From Felis catus (Eukaryota), in assembly GCF_018350175.1 (NCBI RefSeq), contig NC_058374.1, positions 78,678,001-78,742,000 on the forward strand: DNA of 64,000 nt. The letters run 5' to 3'. Both the position numbers and the translations under genes were made by a program. Positions 12,092-35,838 of this stretch are shown here, piece after piece (within the stretch, counting starts at the first letter, position 1; each line of letters opens with the position of its first letter). The notes under the pieces were generated by a model. It was given only the letters and a program-made list of their open reading frames with translations. It had not been told where the DNA came from and made no database searches.

Positions 12092-12928
12092 TGTAATCAT
12101 TTACAGATGGGCACAAGAGGCTGGCCATAGCCCTGGTCCTTGGAGGGATTTCCACTTTATATTCTTCAAGAGAATAGGGTTCATGACAAGCGCATGTCAT
12201 GATTCTTTTGCAGCAGGCACCGTCTGCACACGTTAGGCATGAAATGCCTAGTCCTCCCATCTACTCATGAGGTAGGCGTGCTTTTATCTTTCTCACTCTA
12301 GAGATGTGGCAACTGAGGCACAGAGAGGGTGAGGAAATTAACCAAGGTCACTCAGCCAGGAAGGAGCAGAGCCCCATTTTGGACCCAAGTCATCTGGCTC
12401 CAGAGTCTATGTCCTTACCTCTGTGCCACCTCATTGTCTTGCTACGTGCTGTTTTCTATCCTGGAGGTAATTTATCAGCTCTGGCAGGTCTCCAGACCTC
12501 AAAAGGACTCCATTCAAAAAGCAAAAAGTAGCCACATCAAAGGCTTTTTGAAAGTTTAAGTCATGTTCATATAGTTACCCTTTAAGGAATTCTAATAAAT
12601 TGCTCGGGCATGAGTCTTCCCCAGCAAAGCAGTGAGTGATGTTTCCTTAAGTTCTGAGTGACTGATGAATCTAATTTTCGTTATCCATCAGTTGACAGAT
12701 ATGCACAGGGATGTTTTCTGGGAGGCAACAGTGTGTTAGTGAAATGACCACTAAAGGTGCACGCAGGGTTCAAACACCGGCTGGACCATGGAAGCTCATG
12801 GGGCCCTGCCCCGGTTACTGACCCCAGACTAGACCTTTTTCTGTTCCACGTGACTTTGGGGACTCTCCCAAACCCTGACCCTTGAGGATAACAGAGGTGC
12901 AGACAAGGCTCAGAGGTGGCTACATTGA

Positions 12929-12934
12929 TTTATT
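12929..12934 (-). terminator. Polyadenylation signal of KRT81
   Basis: TTTATT on + (AATAAA on -) ~330 bp past the stop. Confidence 0.75.
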
Positions 12935-13266
12935 GGAAACACAGATCAAGACAGATGAACATGACAGAGGTGGAAGGGGAGTGGTTGGGGGTGGGATATG
13001 GCCATCAGCCCCATGACAGCCTAGGGTAGGACCTTGTCCTGGTCCTCTGGGCCCCTCAACCCCCTTCGTATGGGCGTCAAGGGGACTTTTTAGGGGTAGC
13101 CTCTCCCAGCACGGGGCAGCAGAGCCGAGGAAGAGGGGATCACACATAGACATGAGAGGCCTGGAGTGGGACAGACCTTTCAAAGTGCCAGAGAGGTAAT
13201 TGAGAGCTTGCTCCATGGGGAAGCTGGGTGGGAGAGACCCCAGGCCCGAGACGTGAGTTCGGCCGC

Positions 13267-18368
<5,102 letters not shown>

Positions 18369-18458
18369 GGTGCTCCTGGAGGCTGGGGTAGCAGAGTACA
18401 GGACCGAGGTCTGGAGTCTTGTGGAAACTCCAATGTGCTCCGTGAGGCACCTCCGTCC

Positions 18459-18648
18459 TATTTATGCTCAGATCTGAAGGGCTTGGCTGTGCATTTCGGT
18501 CAATTTGTGCTTTATGGGCTTGGGCGGTTAGTTGAGTCCAACCCCTCTTTAGCACATGCTTTCATGGTGGAGTGGCCCGCACCCTCCTCAGTGTATAGGA
18601 TGCCAACCTCTGGGCTGTAGGGGGACTCAGTATGTTTCATCTTCAAAG
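18459..18648 (-). promoter_or_regulatory. KRT81 proximal promoter: CATAAATA TATA-variant (18459-18466), CCATAAA Hox13-type site (18511-18517), HK-1/LEF1 site CTTTGAAG (18641-18648)
   Basis: Motifs read directly from the sequence; CTTTGAAG(A) is the known conserved LEF1 element of hair keratin promoters. Confidence 0.7.
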
Positions 18649-18770
18649 TGCCCTGCCAGCAGTCTAGGCACTCATCTGAGGAGATTGCAGAGAGAAGGGC
18701 AGGGCAGGAGAGGGAGGAAGGGGGCCAGGAGAGGAGAGGAGAAGCAAGGCCAGAGGCTGGGAGGTTCAGG

Positions 18771-18775
<5 letters not shown>

Positions 18776-18804
<29 letters not shown>
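18776..18804. repeat. (TG)n microsatellite upstream of KRT81
   Basis: Direct reading. Confidence 0.95.
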
Positions 18805-18806
<2 letters not shown>

Positions 18807-19340
18807 TGGGGTGGTCAGGAGGGGACTCAGGAAAGACTGAGGTGTTAACAAGTAACATCCAGAAGTTTCCATTCCAGTAGTGGCGATCGTGCTACTCTAC
18901 AACAAATGTGCATTCCCTTCATCCCCGGACTGTCTAGCGGGCTGCTGAGATACATCCCATTTTTCCTGTCAAGACAGCAGCCAGCAGTTTATTAAATATG
19001 TGTGTGTGGTTTTTTTTGTCTTTTTCAACTTTTATCATGAGAGTTTCTGAACATCTGGAAACGTTGAAAGCATAGCATAAAAACACCCTGAGATGTTCAC
19101 TGAGTTACGTAGATTCAAGACTGGTTAACACTGTGCCAGCCCTGCCCTCATATTTGACGGTTACAGAAAGTATGGCACGTGTAGAAAGCAGGACCGTACC
19201 ACTGCGCGTGCAAGAAAATTAACGACAGTTGCAAAGAATCATTTGCTAGCCGTTCCATTTTCAGCCTTCCTAATTGTCTCAAAAGTTTTAAGAAATCGGT
19301 TTTATGTGACTTGTCTTGTGGCTCTGTCCCTTATATTTAA

Positions 19341-19540
19341 TTTTTTTAAATGTTTATTTATTCTTGAGAGACAGAGCATGAGCAGGGGAGGGGCAGAGAG
19401 AGGGAGACACAGAATCTGAAGCAGGCTCCAGGCTCTGGGCTGTCAGTGCAGAGCCCAATGCAGGGCTTGAACGCACAAACCCTGAGATCATGACCTGAGC
19501 CGAAGTTGGTGCTTAACCGACGGAGCCACCTCGGCGCCCC
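19341..19540 (-). mobile_element. Can-SINE
   Basis: SINEC body in reverse. Confidence 0.9.
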
Positions 19541-19584
19541 TCCATCCTTTCTTTATATTTTAAAGATACTAGAAGTTAACTCTA

Positions 19585-19778
19585 GAGTTGACCTGTTTAG
19601 TGTGGCATCCTGTAGGCGTATGCGGCTGTTTAAATTTAAATTGGTTAAAGCTAAATAAATTGACAATGGAGTTCCCCAGTTGCAGGAGCCACATGACCAC
19701 AGGACCACTGACTACCTTACTGGATGGCGCAGGGACAGAACATTTCCACCATCGCAGCTTGTCCACTGGATAGTGTTG
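19585..19778 (-). mobile_element. MER3-like hAT-Charlie DNA transposon relic
   Basis: Matches recalled MER3 motifs in reverse (tttaaatttaaatt; agccacatg; agaacatttccaccatcgcag...ctggatag). Confidence 0.65.
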
Positions 19779-21608
19779 GTCTAGAGGCTTGTCTGGGTTC
19801 AACTGACACGTTTTTGGGCAGAATACCTCATGAGCAATGCTATATGATTCTTATTATGTCACCCCAAGAAGCACAAAAATATCAGGCTGTTCCAGTATCT
19901 GTGATGCTAAATCGGATCACTTGCATACATTTCCCCTTTGTAATTAGAAAGAACGATGTAGGAAAACATATATCCTATTTTGATAAGAGGATATTTTCTT
20001 GTCTTTTTTTCTTTTGGCCACCTACTATCTGATATTTTATGTCGTAAGCAATCTCTAATTCTCCCATCAACCATACGAAGTATGTATCATTATCCCCATT
20101 TTACAGATAAAGAAACCGAGGCTTGGGGAGGTTAAATAACTTGCCCAGTATCTCCTAGCTAGTTAAGTCATGGAGCCCAGGAGAGGCAATGCCTTCTCAC
20201 CTACATGCTGTGACAACCCCCAGATTTCCTACTCTCTGGAAATTTTCAAGAGGGGTAGGAAAAGTTGTTTAGGAGGGGATATCTGTGGAATTTATGGCTG
20301 GGCAGAATCAGTCTTGGGCAGATGGGCAGCGTCACGGGGGGTTGGGATGGTTAGAACCAGGAGGGGCCAATGGTGTGGGAATGTAGCACAGGGACAACGT
20401 GAGGCTGGGGCTGGAGATCTATAGGGTCCTGTGGCTGAGAACTGAGCGGTTTTAGTTATTTGTTCACCTCTGGTGCACTGTGAGTATCTTGACAGAGGGT
20501 ACTGTTTCTACTTACCCACAAAGCCTCCTACTGCAGGGGAACAGGTCTAGAAGAATTGTCTCATAAAGTACAGAGATTTGCATTATTAAATGAAAGAGAA
20601 GAGAAGCCATGTGGCCGGCAGCCCCCTGTAGCTGCCGTGTCTTAGAGGTAAAGGCAGGCAGGGCAGCTTGGGGAAGGAGGAAGGGGGGTGGGGCTGGCGG
20701 GAAAGGAGAAGGAAGGAGGGGAACAGACCGGGGCTGGGGGTAGGGCTCTGTGTGTTTGTGTGAAACATTCAGGGCTGAGGCCTTGTGACAGGACAAACAC
20801 GGGCTCGTGGACTGTGTCAGCCATCTGGCTGTCCAGGAGGGTGTGGCACCTGCTGTCACTTTATGTGTTTGGGGAGCTGGGCCAGCACTTCCGAGACCCT
20901 TTATACCCTTTGCCATTCTGGACACTGCCCACAGTTGAGCCATGGCAGTGCTCCCAGCAAACCAGTTGGCTGGTGTCCTGAGGAGAAGCGCTGTGAGTCA
21001 AGGTACATCTCACACATGCTTTACCTTCTCCACCAGTGTAACTCCTTATAAAAATGACATGCATAAACATGAGCTAATTACTAATAGCTGGCCCTTCCTA
21101 AGCAATTTTAAAGACACCAGAAGCAATTTAAAGAAACGAGATATAAGAAAATCAAATTTTCACCATTTCATTGAATTTCAGGCATTATTAATTGCAGCTA
21201 ATTTTTGAAGACCCGAAAGGACATTCGTTCTGTATGTTTTCTTGGAGTAAAAAAGCTTGTGGTGGGGGAGGGGAAGAGAAGAGAGGGGGAGGGTTGGCTG
21301 AATCACCACCATAGTCTTGGCTCTGGCAATATGGGTTTTATCAAGGGTAAAAGAGTTTTTATTGAGAACTATGTTACCCACACAAAAGAACGTATAGGCG
21401 GTGTACCTACCCCCTATAGGAAGAAATGAAATATACGTGTGACTTAGGTGCTTCCTATAAGCCTCATTCTGGTTGTACCCATTTCTTTTTGGCCTAGGGA
21501 CAACATCCCTCTGGGATTTTGTGTTCACTCATTCCCTTGCTTTTCTTAGCAGTTTTAGAACCAATGTATGCATCTCTAAACCATAAATTATTTAGTTTTC
21601 CAGTTTTT

Positions 21609-21829
21609 AAAAAAAAATTTTTTTTTCAACGTTTATTTATTTTTGGGACAGAGAGAGACAGAGCATGAACGGGGGAGGGGCAGAGAGAGAGGGAGACACA
21701 GAATCGGAAACAGGCTCCAGGCTCTGAGCCATCAGCCCAGAGCCCGACGCGGGGCTCGAACTCACAGACCGCGAGATCGTGACCTGGCTGAAGTCGGACG
21801 CTTAACCGACTGCGCCACCCAGGCGCCCC
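21609..21829 (-). mobile_element. Young SINEC_Fc-type element
   Basis: CpG-intact body; TSD AGTTTTCCAGTTTTT. Confidence 0.95.
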
Positions 21830-21845
21830 AAGTTTTCCAGTTTTT

Positions 21846-22039
21846 AAAAATATTTATTTATTTTGAGAGATCAGAGATAGTGTGAGTGGGGGAGGGGCAG
21901 AGATCGAGGAAGAGAGAGAATCCCAAGCAGGCTCCATGCCGTCAGTGCAGAGCCCAATGCGGGGCTCAGTCTCACAAACCGTGACCTGAGCCAAAATCAA
22001 GAGTCAGACGCGTAACTAACTGAGCCCCCCAGATGCCCC
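21846..22039 (-). mobile_element. Older Can-SINE in tandem with the previous one
   Basis: More diverged SINEC body; same TSD. Confidence 0.9.
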
Positions 22040-22041
22040 AT

Positions 22042-22300
22042 AGTTTTCCAGTTTTTGAAGTTCATGTAAATGGAATTGTATTGTGTGTATTCTTTTGTGT
22101 CTGGCTTCCTTTTTTTCAGCGTTGCTTCCTGTCGCTGTATTGTGTTCATACTCATTGTGTGAATATGCCACAATTAATTTATCTCTCCACCCTGATGGCC
22201 TCATGGTTGTTTCTAGGGTCTGTATTATGAACAGAGTGGCCATGAACATTCTTTCTGTGTCTTCTGGCATATCTGTGGAAGGGTTTTGCTAGGGTATGTG
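22042..22300 (-). mobile_element. Old L1 3' fragment (continues left of the SINE pair to ~21200)
   Basis: tgtaaatggaattgta...ttttgtgtctggcttcc...atgaacattc, typical reversed L1M 3' end. Confidence 0.7.
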
Positions 22301-24160
22301 GTTATTTAAAAAAAAATATGCAAGTAGGTATATGCTTAGTGTCGAAAGCCATTTCATGAGTCTTCTTCCAAATTTAAAAAATCATAACATCTCTTGATGT
22401 TCATCTTACCTCCTACTAGATGCTATGCTGATTGTCCAACATGCACTAAAGCATTTAATTTTTACAATTACCCTCTGAGGCAGGTGTCAGGTGAGGACAC
22501 TGAGGCCTAGAAGGTTAAGAGTCTTGCTCAGTTTGTGTCGTTAGTGGCAAAGCCGGCACTCAGAGTCTGCTGGTATGTTTGATCCCAGTGGAAGGGATGA
22601 GTTTATCTCATTGCCCCTCTACCATCGTTAGAAGTATTACACAATAGATGGTGCTGGTATATAGCACATTAACACACACTCTCACTGATCCCTTCCCCCA
22701 GGACCCTCTTCAGGGCCCCTTACAGTGCTCTGAGGGTTCAGGGCCAGAGGATAGAGAAGAGCTCACCCTTGTTTGTGGTGAGCTTCCAGTTCTAAGAGAA
22801 AAGCTGGACACATATGCAGATTGTGAACAAAAATGCAAACCTTGCAACACACCAATGAGCACAAGTGTTTGGTTCGTGGATCTATTCCAAGGGCTTGGCA
22901 CATAGTAGGTGCTCAATAAATATTTGTGGAATGAATGAAACGAATGCCAGCTGCCTATTAAATGCTGAGTAATGGAACCATCAAAGCTTGGTCGTTAATT
23001 GTGCAAAGCTTTCTGGTAGGGTGGGGTGGGGATCAGATGTAGCAGACCAGAGGGCAGCCATTCCTGGGAGTGGGGGATGGGTAGGGAGACATTCCTGGCT
23101 GGGGTCTGAAGGAGGAATGAAGTGGGTAGATGTGTCCTTGACCAAAGTGAAGTCCTTGAACTGAACAATGATGAGAGTGGTCAGGAAAGCCAGCCAACAA
23201 GGGCAAGAATCTTGAAAGCCATGGGGCAAAGTAGAGACTGAAGGGTAGGATTGGGGAAGGAAAGAGAGAAGTGGATGGGAGGTGGATTTCTAGGGAAAAG
23301 AAGAGAGAAGATCCTTGATCTTAGACCATTACTCTCTTGGGCTACTTGGAAGGACATAGACCATCTGGGGGGTGAAGAGTATGGGAAGGAGGGGAGACTG
23401 GGAGAGATGAGAGAAGGGCTTGAGGAGATGCAGGGGTTCAGCCTGCTTAGTGGGACGGATTTCATCAAGGGCAGAGTTCCTGAGTCAGTCTTCATTTCCC
23501 CATTCCCCTAGGCAGTCCACAAGAGCCTTTGGCCCCGCCTTCCTCTGGTGAATTCTAATGGATAATTGGCCACTGTCCCAGGCTGACTTGGCTGAGAAGG
23601 CAGGACTCTGACTTGGGCCTCTCAACTCATTAATCCAGTCATCCTGCCTGCTGGCTGGCCTAGGGTCAACTCCTTCGTATACAGCCTGAGTGTTATGTAA
23701 ACAGCCATTCCTTCACCCCTCAACTCCCCTCACTGAAACTTGGCCTGCACCTGCTTTCTGTGAACAGAAAGCATGAGCTGCAAGGTGAGAAAGGGCACAG
23801 CCCCTTAGATACCTGCAAGCCTGGTATGCAGATGTTTTCGTATCCTCCAGATGTGGAACCTACAGGCTGCCTCCCACCTTGTAGTTTTGAAGCAGAATCC
23901 CAGAGATGCGACTAGCCCTACTTCTGAGGGCTCTGCCTCAGTGGGCTCTGTCACAGCATCTCACTATCTCTGCCTCTCCCACAAGGTCCTCCAAGTTTCT
24001 CTACTGTCCACTCTCTGAAAACCTCCATGCACGCTTTTTACACCAATACTGCCCCAACTGCCTCTTTACTGGCATCTGTTGTCACCCTTTCCAGGGGGCC
24101 CTTCTTACCTTTCGCATCAGACTAGCTGCATTCTACGGTGCCCCAGAATGGGCACTGTCA

Positions 24161-24379
24161 GTGGCACCTGGGTGGCTCAGTTGGCTAAACATCCGACTTT
24201 GGCTCAGGTCATGATCTCATGGTTCATGGGTTCGAGCCCTGCTTCGGGCTCTGTGCCAACAGCTCAGAGCTTGGAGGTGCTTTGGATTCTGTGTCTCTCT
24301 CTCTGCCCTTCCTCCACTCATGCTCATGCTCATGCTCTGTCTCTCTCTCAAAAATAAACATTGAAACATAAAAAAAAAA
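24161..24379 (+). mobile_element. Can-SINE
   Basis: SINEC head, CT linker and A tail. Confidence 0.9.
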
Positions 24380-25469
24380 GAATAGGCAGTCTCAGTAGAC
24401 ATTGCATTTCTGAGCATCTGATGATACAGCTGAAAAGGAGCCCTCTTCAGACTTCCAGCCTTTCTCACAAATGTGGGTCTGTCTTCCCAGTCAGATTGGG
24501 AACTTCAGAATCCATGTCTCCTTCTTTCTCTTAGTGCCTTCCTCCCTTTTTCCAAAATTAAGACAGACTTCAGCATATGGCAGAGATGTAGCCATCACAG
24601 AAACCCTGAATTCCCCAGTAAGATGTTGTCTCATCTAACCCATCATCCATGTGGGGGAATCTGCCTTACAACATTCTTCACAGGAGAAGGATGTACTGAA
24701 GGGAAGCTTGAACAAGAACTTCCTAATGTTAAAACCACCAGATTTGCCCCTTTTTTTCCAGGTATCCCTTGAAACAAGATCCACTTAGGCTAAAAGAAGA
24801 GCCTCTAATCTCCTGATATGAAGGTTTTTTTGTTCACCCTGTTTCTATAAACACCGTGGCTACTCCAGAATAAAGGGTTTTTCTCTTTTACATAAAACTT
24901 CCCTAAATGGGAGATATAACGCAAGCACCTTTTTAGGATACCACGACTACCTGCCCTCCTTCTGGGACGTTTCCCTCAACTCCAATTTCCATCTGTCCAG
25001 CTGCAGTGAAAATCTGACTTCTCTTGCTCTCTTTGGAGTTCCACTGTACCTGGATGGGTGGCATACCCCCCACCCTCAACTTCATGCAGGCTACTAACCA
25101 ATCAGGGGGCTTCAGGATCAGGAAAGAAGCAAGATAAGTGAGTATGTCATTGATTTATGGCTGAGGATTTTTGGTGGTCTGTTAAGGCCAAGTTAGAAAT
25201 ACAAATTTGTGAATTATTAATAGATAACAGACTTCTGGGACTGTCCAAGCCTCTTTTCATCCAGTAGTATAGTTGCCTAAGGATTGCTGACATTGTCCCT
25301 TTGCCGAAGAGGAGAGATCCTCCCTGGGACTTCCCTGGGGGCAGTTGGTCTAGAGTGGGGATTGAAGGAGGGGCATTTGATTTTGGGTTCTCTTCCAGGA
25401 TAAAAGAAGTAACCATGGCCTAAGGTCCCAAGTCCTCCCTGTTCCTTGGACTGAAATCATAGTAGAATA

Positions 25470-25920
25470 ATAATAGTAGATAACATTTACTGAGCACTTG
25501 CTATGTGCCAGGTGCTGTGTTAAGCGTTGTTCATGTACAATTTAATCCTTTTACTAGTCCTTTAAGATAGACACCATTAGTGGGGATTTTACATTGGTGG
25601 TTTAAGAATGTGGGTAGGTACATTCTACCAAACCTGCTGATATATCTACAGCAACAGCATTAGCAGCAATAACAACTACAAATATGATTACATAATTAGA
25701 GTGTCAGGCTCTGTTCTAAACGCTTTACATGGATTAATTCTTTTAATCCTTACAACAGCTTTATGAGGTGGATATTATTATCCCCATTTTATAAATCATG
25801 AAATGAGGTACAGAGAGGTTAAGTAATTACCTGAGGTTACATAGCTAGAAAGTGGCAGGGCTGGACTTTGAAACTAGGCAGTTTGGAATCTGGGTCTGTG
25901 TGCTTAACTGATATGCGATG
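25470..25920 (-). mobile_element. MIR relics (two adjacent copies)
   Basis: catttactgagcacttgctatgtgccagg; atccccattttat...gaggtacagagaggttaagtaa MIR core. Confidence 0.75.
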
Positions 25921-26884
25921 TATTTCAACTTTTTATTTTCAATCATATTAAGAAATGATTTTATGTAGTCATGAAGCACACACACACATACACACCACAT
26001 ACAGTTGAGACAAAAAGGAAATAAAATGGTTTTTTTTTTACTACATATGATGCACTCTGCTATTTTCTATTCCACTCTGCTTGATTTTGTTCTAATCTAC
26101 TTCATGAAAATTCTGTTTGCTTCTATGAGTGGGCCACAATGTGAGCTCTGAAAAAAATGCTGCCCCAGAGCCTCCTGCTTCTTAATGATTAGAATAAAAC
26201 ACATATGTACTGTGTTCTGGAGTTTGATGAGCACGTGGACATCTCTGTAATTTTCCCAGGCAGTGCTGGAAGGAAAGACTTAATATATTTCCCAGAGGAA
26301 TGAAGTGCCTTGCCCCCAGATCACACAGAGCTGTTCATGGGAGAGCCTTGATGTCCATCCAGCCCTGTTGGGTTCAAGGCTCACACTATCCACACTACAG
26401 GCGGAACACGCCAACATGGATCTGTTTTGACATCTGCCAAGATTACTGACAAACTGCTGTAAAGGGAAGGGGGTTACAGGGTTGGTATAGCATAGGAAGC
26501 AGCACAGATCTGGGAGGGGGGAGGTGGAGGCAGGGGGCTGGATGCCCTACTGATGGCTCTGTCTAGATTGATTCCATTATATTCTGAGCGAAATGCTATA
26601 TAGGCTCATGACAGTAGTGTCTACCCCATGCTTTCTGAGCCCTAGAGGAAAATGGAAGTTTGAGATGAAAACAAGACATGCTTATCTTTTCTTGGAGCCT
26701 TGCTGGAAATAGTTGGGCATTCCTGAAGCCAGCGAGCCACTGTGTGTCCCCTTAGGCCCCATGGAAGATTTTGAGGAAGGGAATGCCTCCTCTTTAGCAT
26801 AGGCTGGACAGAACGGTCTCATGTTTTGGCCTCAGGACTGGTCTATGTGCAAACTGAGATGGGCGAGTGTACACATGAACAAAT

Positions 26885-27015
26885 GAGTGTGTGTCCGTGT
26901 GTATGTGTGTGTGTGTGCGAGAGAGAGAGAGATTATGGGTGGCAAGGCCAGTATGTGAGTGCGTTGTGTGTGTGTGTGAGAGAGAGAGAGAGGGACAGAG
27001 AGAGTCATAGAGACA
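26885..27015. repeat. Compound (TG)n/(GA)n microsatellites upstream of KRT86
   Basis: Direct reading. Confidence 0.85.
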
Positions 27016-27271
27016 GAATATGTTGATAGGTGTAGGTGAGGGCTTTGGGGGCTGGCATGGGGGTATTGGGCCTTTGGCCAGGCAGATATGGGCTATCGGT
27101 GTGAGGGAGACCACCAAACGCACCCCAAATTTCACATCATCTTCTGTAGATCTCACATTCTCCCAGTGTCCCAAGGCTGGCCCAATCAGCACCACGGACA
27201 GCGGTGGCGGCTTTGTGAAATGGGCGGTACAGGAGCTGTAGCCCCGCCTTTCTCCTCCCTCCATTCTAATC

Positions 27272-27533
27272 TGAGTCATTGCTTCCCATCATCGAATCCA
27301 AGAGTTCCGCCAAATGCGTAAAAGTAGTGTACGGGGAGGGTGTGAGAGAGGTGAGTTGGCCTTTTGAAGATAAACATTGTGCAGTTTTGGGTAAAAGGCC
27401 ATAAACATCTGGCCGCATCTGGCCCTCAATTAAGCACATAAGGGAGGAGCCAAAGCAGCTAAACAACCCAAGCCAATAAACACACCTAATTGCTCCTAAC
27501 TCGTGGACGCACTAGGCTCCCCGCATATATAAA
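27272..27533 (+). promoter_or_regulatory. KRT86 proximal promoter: AP-1 TGAGTCA (27272-27278), variant HK-1 CTTTTGAAGA (27361-27370), CCATAAA/CCAATAAA Hox13-type sites (27399-27405, 27473-27480), TATAAA (27528-27533)
   Basis: Motifs read directly; TATA box ~100 bp before the ATG. Confidence 0.7.
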
Positions 27534-27586
27534 GGGCCCAAAGATGTCCAAGACCTGAACACTTCAGTCACCGTACCCTCCATTAG

Positions 27587-33817
<6,231 letters not shown>

Positions 33818-34390
33818 GAGGCCTCGGCGTCCCTGCCAGCGCGCAGCCACGTCCCCCTGCGCCCGGCCCGACCCCGATCGCCCCGCCGCTGCCCCACGAC
33901 TGCCAGCAGCCCGCCCCCAACAACCAGTCGCCAGGTGTGCACCCTCGGCACGTCCTCCCTGGGTTCTCCCTCTGCGCGCCACCCCCCCCTCCCCCCCAAC
34001 CCCGGGCGCCCTGAGCCCTGTGCACCTGGGGCGGCACCTTGGCCTCTTTCCGTAGCCTTTCCTAGTAGTGGATTTATCTTGAGGATTCATCCTTTCTTCT
34101 GCCTGCTGTGTTGTTTGCTGGATTCATTCGTCCTGCCCGACTCCCTCACCTAAGCTTGCGGGACAGGGCAGGCCCTAGACTCTCCCTGTCTCCACTTCCT
34201 GGGAATCTGCCAGTGCGCTGGATCCTGTGGAAGGGAGGTGGGGAACACTGACGGTGGTTTTCCTGTAACTCTGTGAGGCCCATGGCCGTGGGAGGGAAGA
34301 GCATCTCCTTGCAGGGCTGCCTGTAGAAGCTTCTGAAAACCCAGCGACGTAACTGCCAGCCCCTTTGTCTTCGTTTCACTCTGTGTTTCC

Positions 34391-34396
34391 AATAAA
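34391..34396 (+). terminator. Polyadenylation signal of KRT86
   Basis: First AATAAA noticed after the stop (~575 bp). Confidence 0.75.
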
Positions 34397-34618
34397 CTAA
34401 CTGTAGCGTATCAAACCCGGTGCCTCAGAGTTTTCAAAGTGCCAGGGCTGTCCTGTGATAGGAGCTCCCTGCCAGACATTTCCTCAGGACCCCTCCAGCC
34501 ACTTGGTTACTACTGGCACTGGGTACGCCCCTCTGATCTTGAGCGACGCAAGCCTTGGAGACACAGAAGAAGACCCAGCGATGCAGGGAATCACGTGTGG
34601 TCATGGATTTCTCTACAC

Positions 34619-34858
34619 CACGATTTCTCAGCTTCAACAGTATTGACATTTGGGGCTGGAGCGCTCTTTGTTGGGGGGCTGTCTTGAGCATTGCAAGGTA
34701 CTTAGCAGCATCACTGGTCTCTACCCACTAGATGCCGGGTGCACTCCCCCACCCCCATCCATTGTGACAACCCAACATGTCTCTAGAAGTGGCCACGTAT
34801 GCCATAGGAGTTCTCCACCAGGGTGATTTTGCCCCCCACCCCCCACCCCAGGGGCGTT
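34619..34858 (-). mobile_element. MER20 (hAT-Charlie) relic with terminal segment inverted
   Basis: tattgacatttggggctgg...ctctacccactagatgcc...ttgtgacaacc matches reversed MER20; 34796-34858 matches the MER20 end in the opposite orientation. Confidence 0.8.
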
Positions 34859-35634
34859 CCCGGAGAGGAAAGAGCATGGGGAAAGGTGTGAAGATGAGAA
34901 CAGAAGGAAGGAGTGTGAGACAAGCAGTGTGGGGGAGAGAAAGGGCACTGGGGTTGGAGTCAGACTAGGCTTCTAATTCAGCGTCCTGCCTCTGCCATTT
35001 CCCAGACGTGTGACTTAGGGCAAACTGCTTCCACAGTCCGAGCTTCCCTTTCTTTCCCTCCCAAGATCCCCCAAAGTTTCATCAGGTCATGACATCAGCT
35101 TGAAGTTCAGGATCTCACTATTTGGATCAGATCCAGGTATGCACAAGGCTCTTGGGACATGGTTCCTTGGTTGCAGCACCCCCCCCCCCCATTATGGTTT
35201 ATCTCTATCTGAAGACCTGTGAATTAAGAGTTTTTATGTCTACCACACACCTGTCCTGCAACGGTGAGATGGGGGTAGGATAGCCACAGTGGGCACTCCC
35301 ATTTAGAGGGAGGAAAAATTGGGGGCACTGAGAAGTCACTGGTTCTTAGCAATTCCAAGTATGGTCAGCCAGGCCCTGCTACCTCCTTCCGTTGTAGAGT
35401 GTCATTAGTGCCCACTTTTGCTCTTTGGAAGTGGTCCTCCTCTGTTCTTGGCTCTAGCCTTTGGGATCTTGGCTCCGTTTTCTGGATTGCTCTTTCTTTT
35501 CCATGACAAGTGGCTCATGTTTTCTTAGCCTGCTTCCTGTCTATAGGAGGTTGGGGACCAGAGGCCTGTTTTCATCTTGAACTATTTCTATTTCTTTTTG
35601 TGAGAATGGCTGTAGTTCTTTTAAAAATGTTTCT

Positions 35635-35838
35635 GGGGTGCCTGGCTGGCTCAGTCAGTTAAGCGTCTGACTTTTGCTCAGGTCATGATCCTGCAGTCTG
35701 TGAGTCCAAGCCCCACGTCGGGCTCTGTGCTGACAGCTCGGAGCCTGGAGCCAGCTTTGGATTCTGTGTCTCCCTCTCTCTCTCTGCCCCTCCTCTGCTC
35801 ATGCTCTGTCTCAAAAATAAATAAACATTAAAAAAAAA
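35635..35838 (+). mobile_element. Can-SINE
   Basis: SINEC body; TTAAAAATGTT flanks. Confidence 0.9.
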
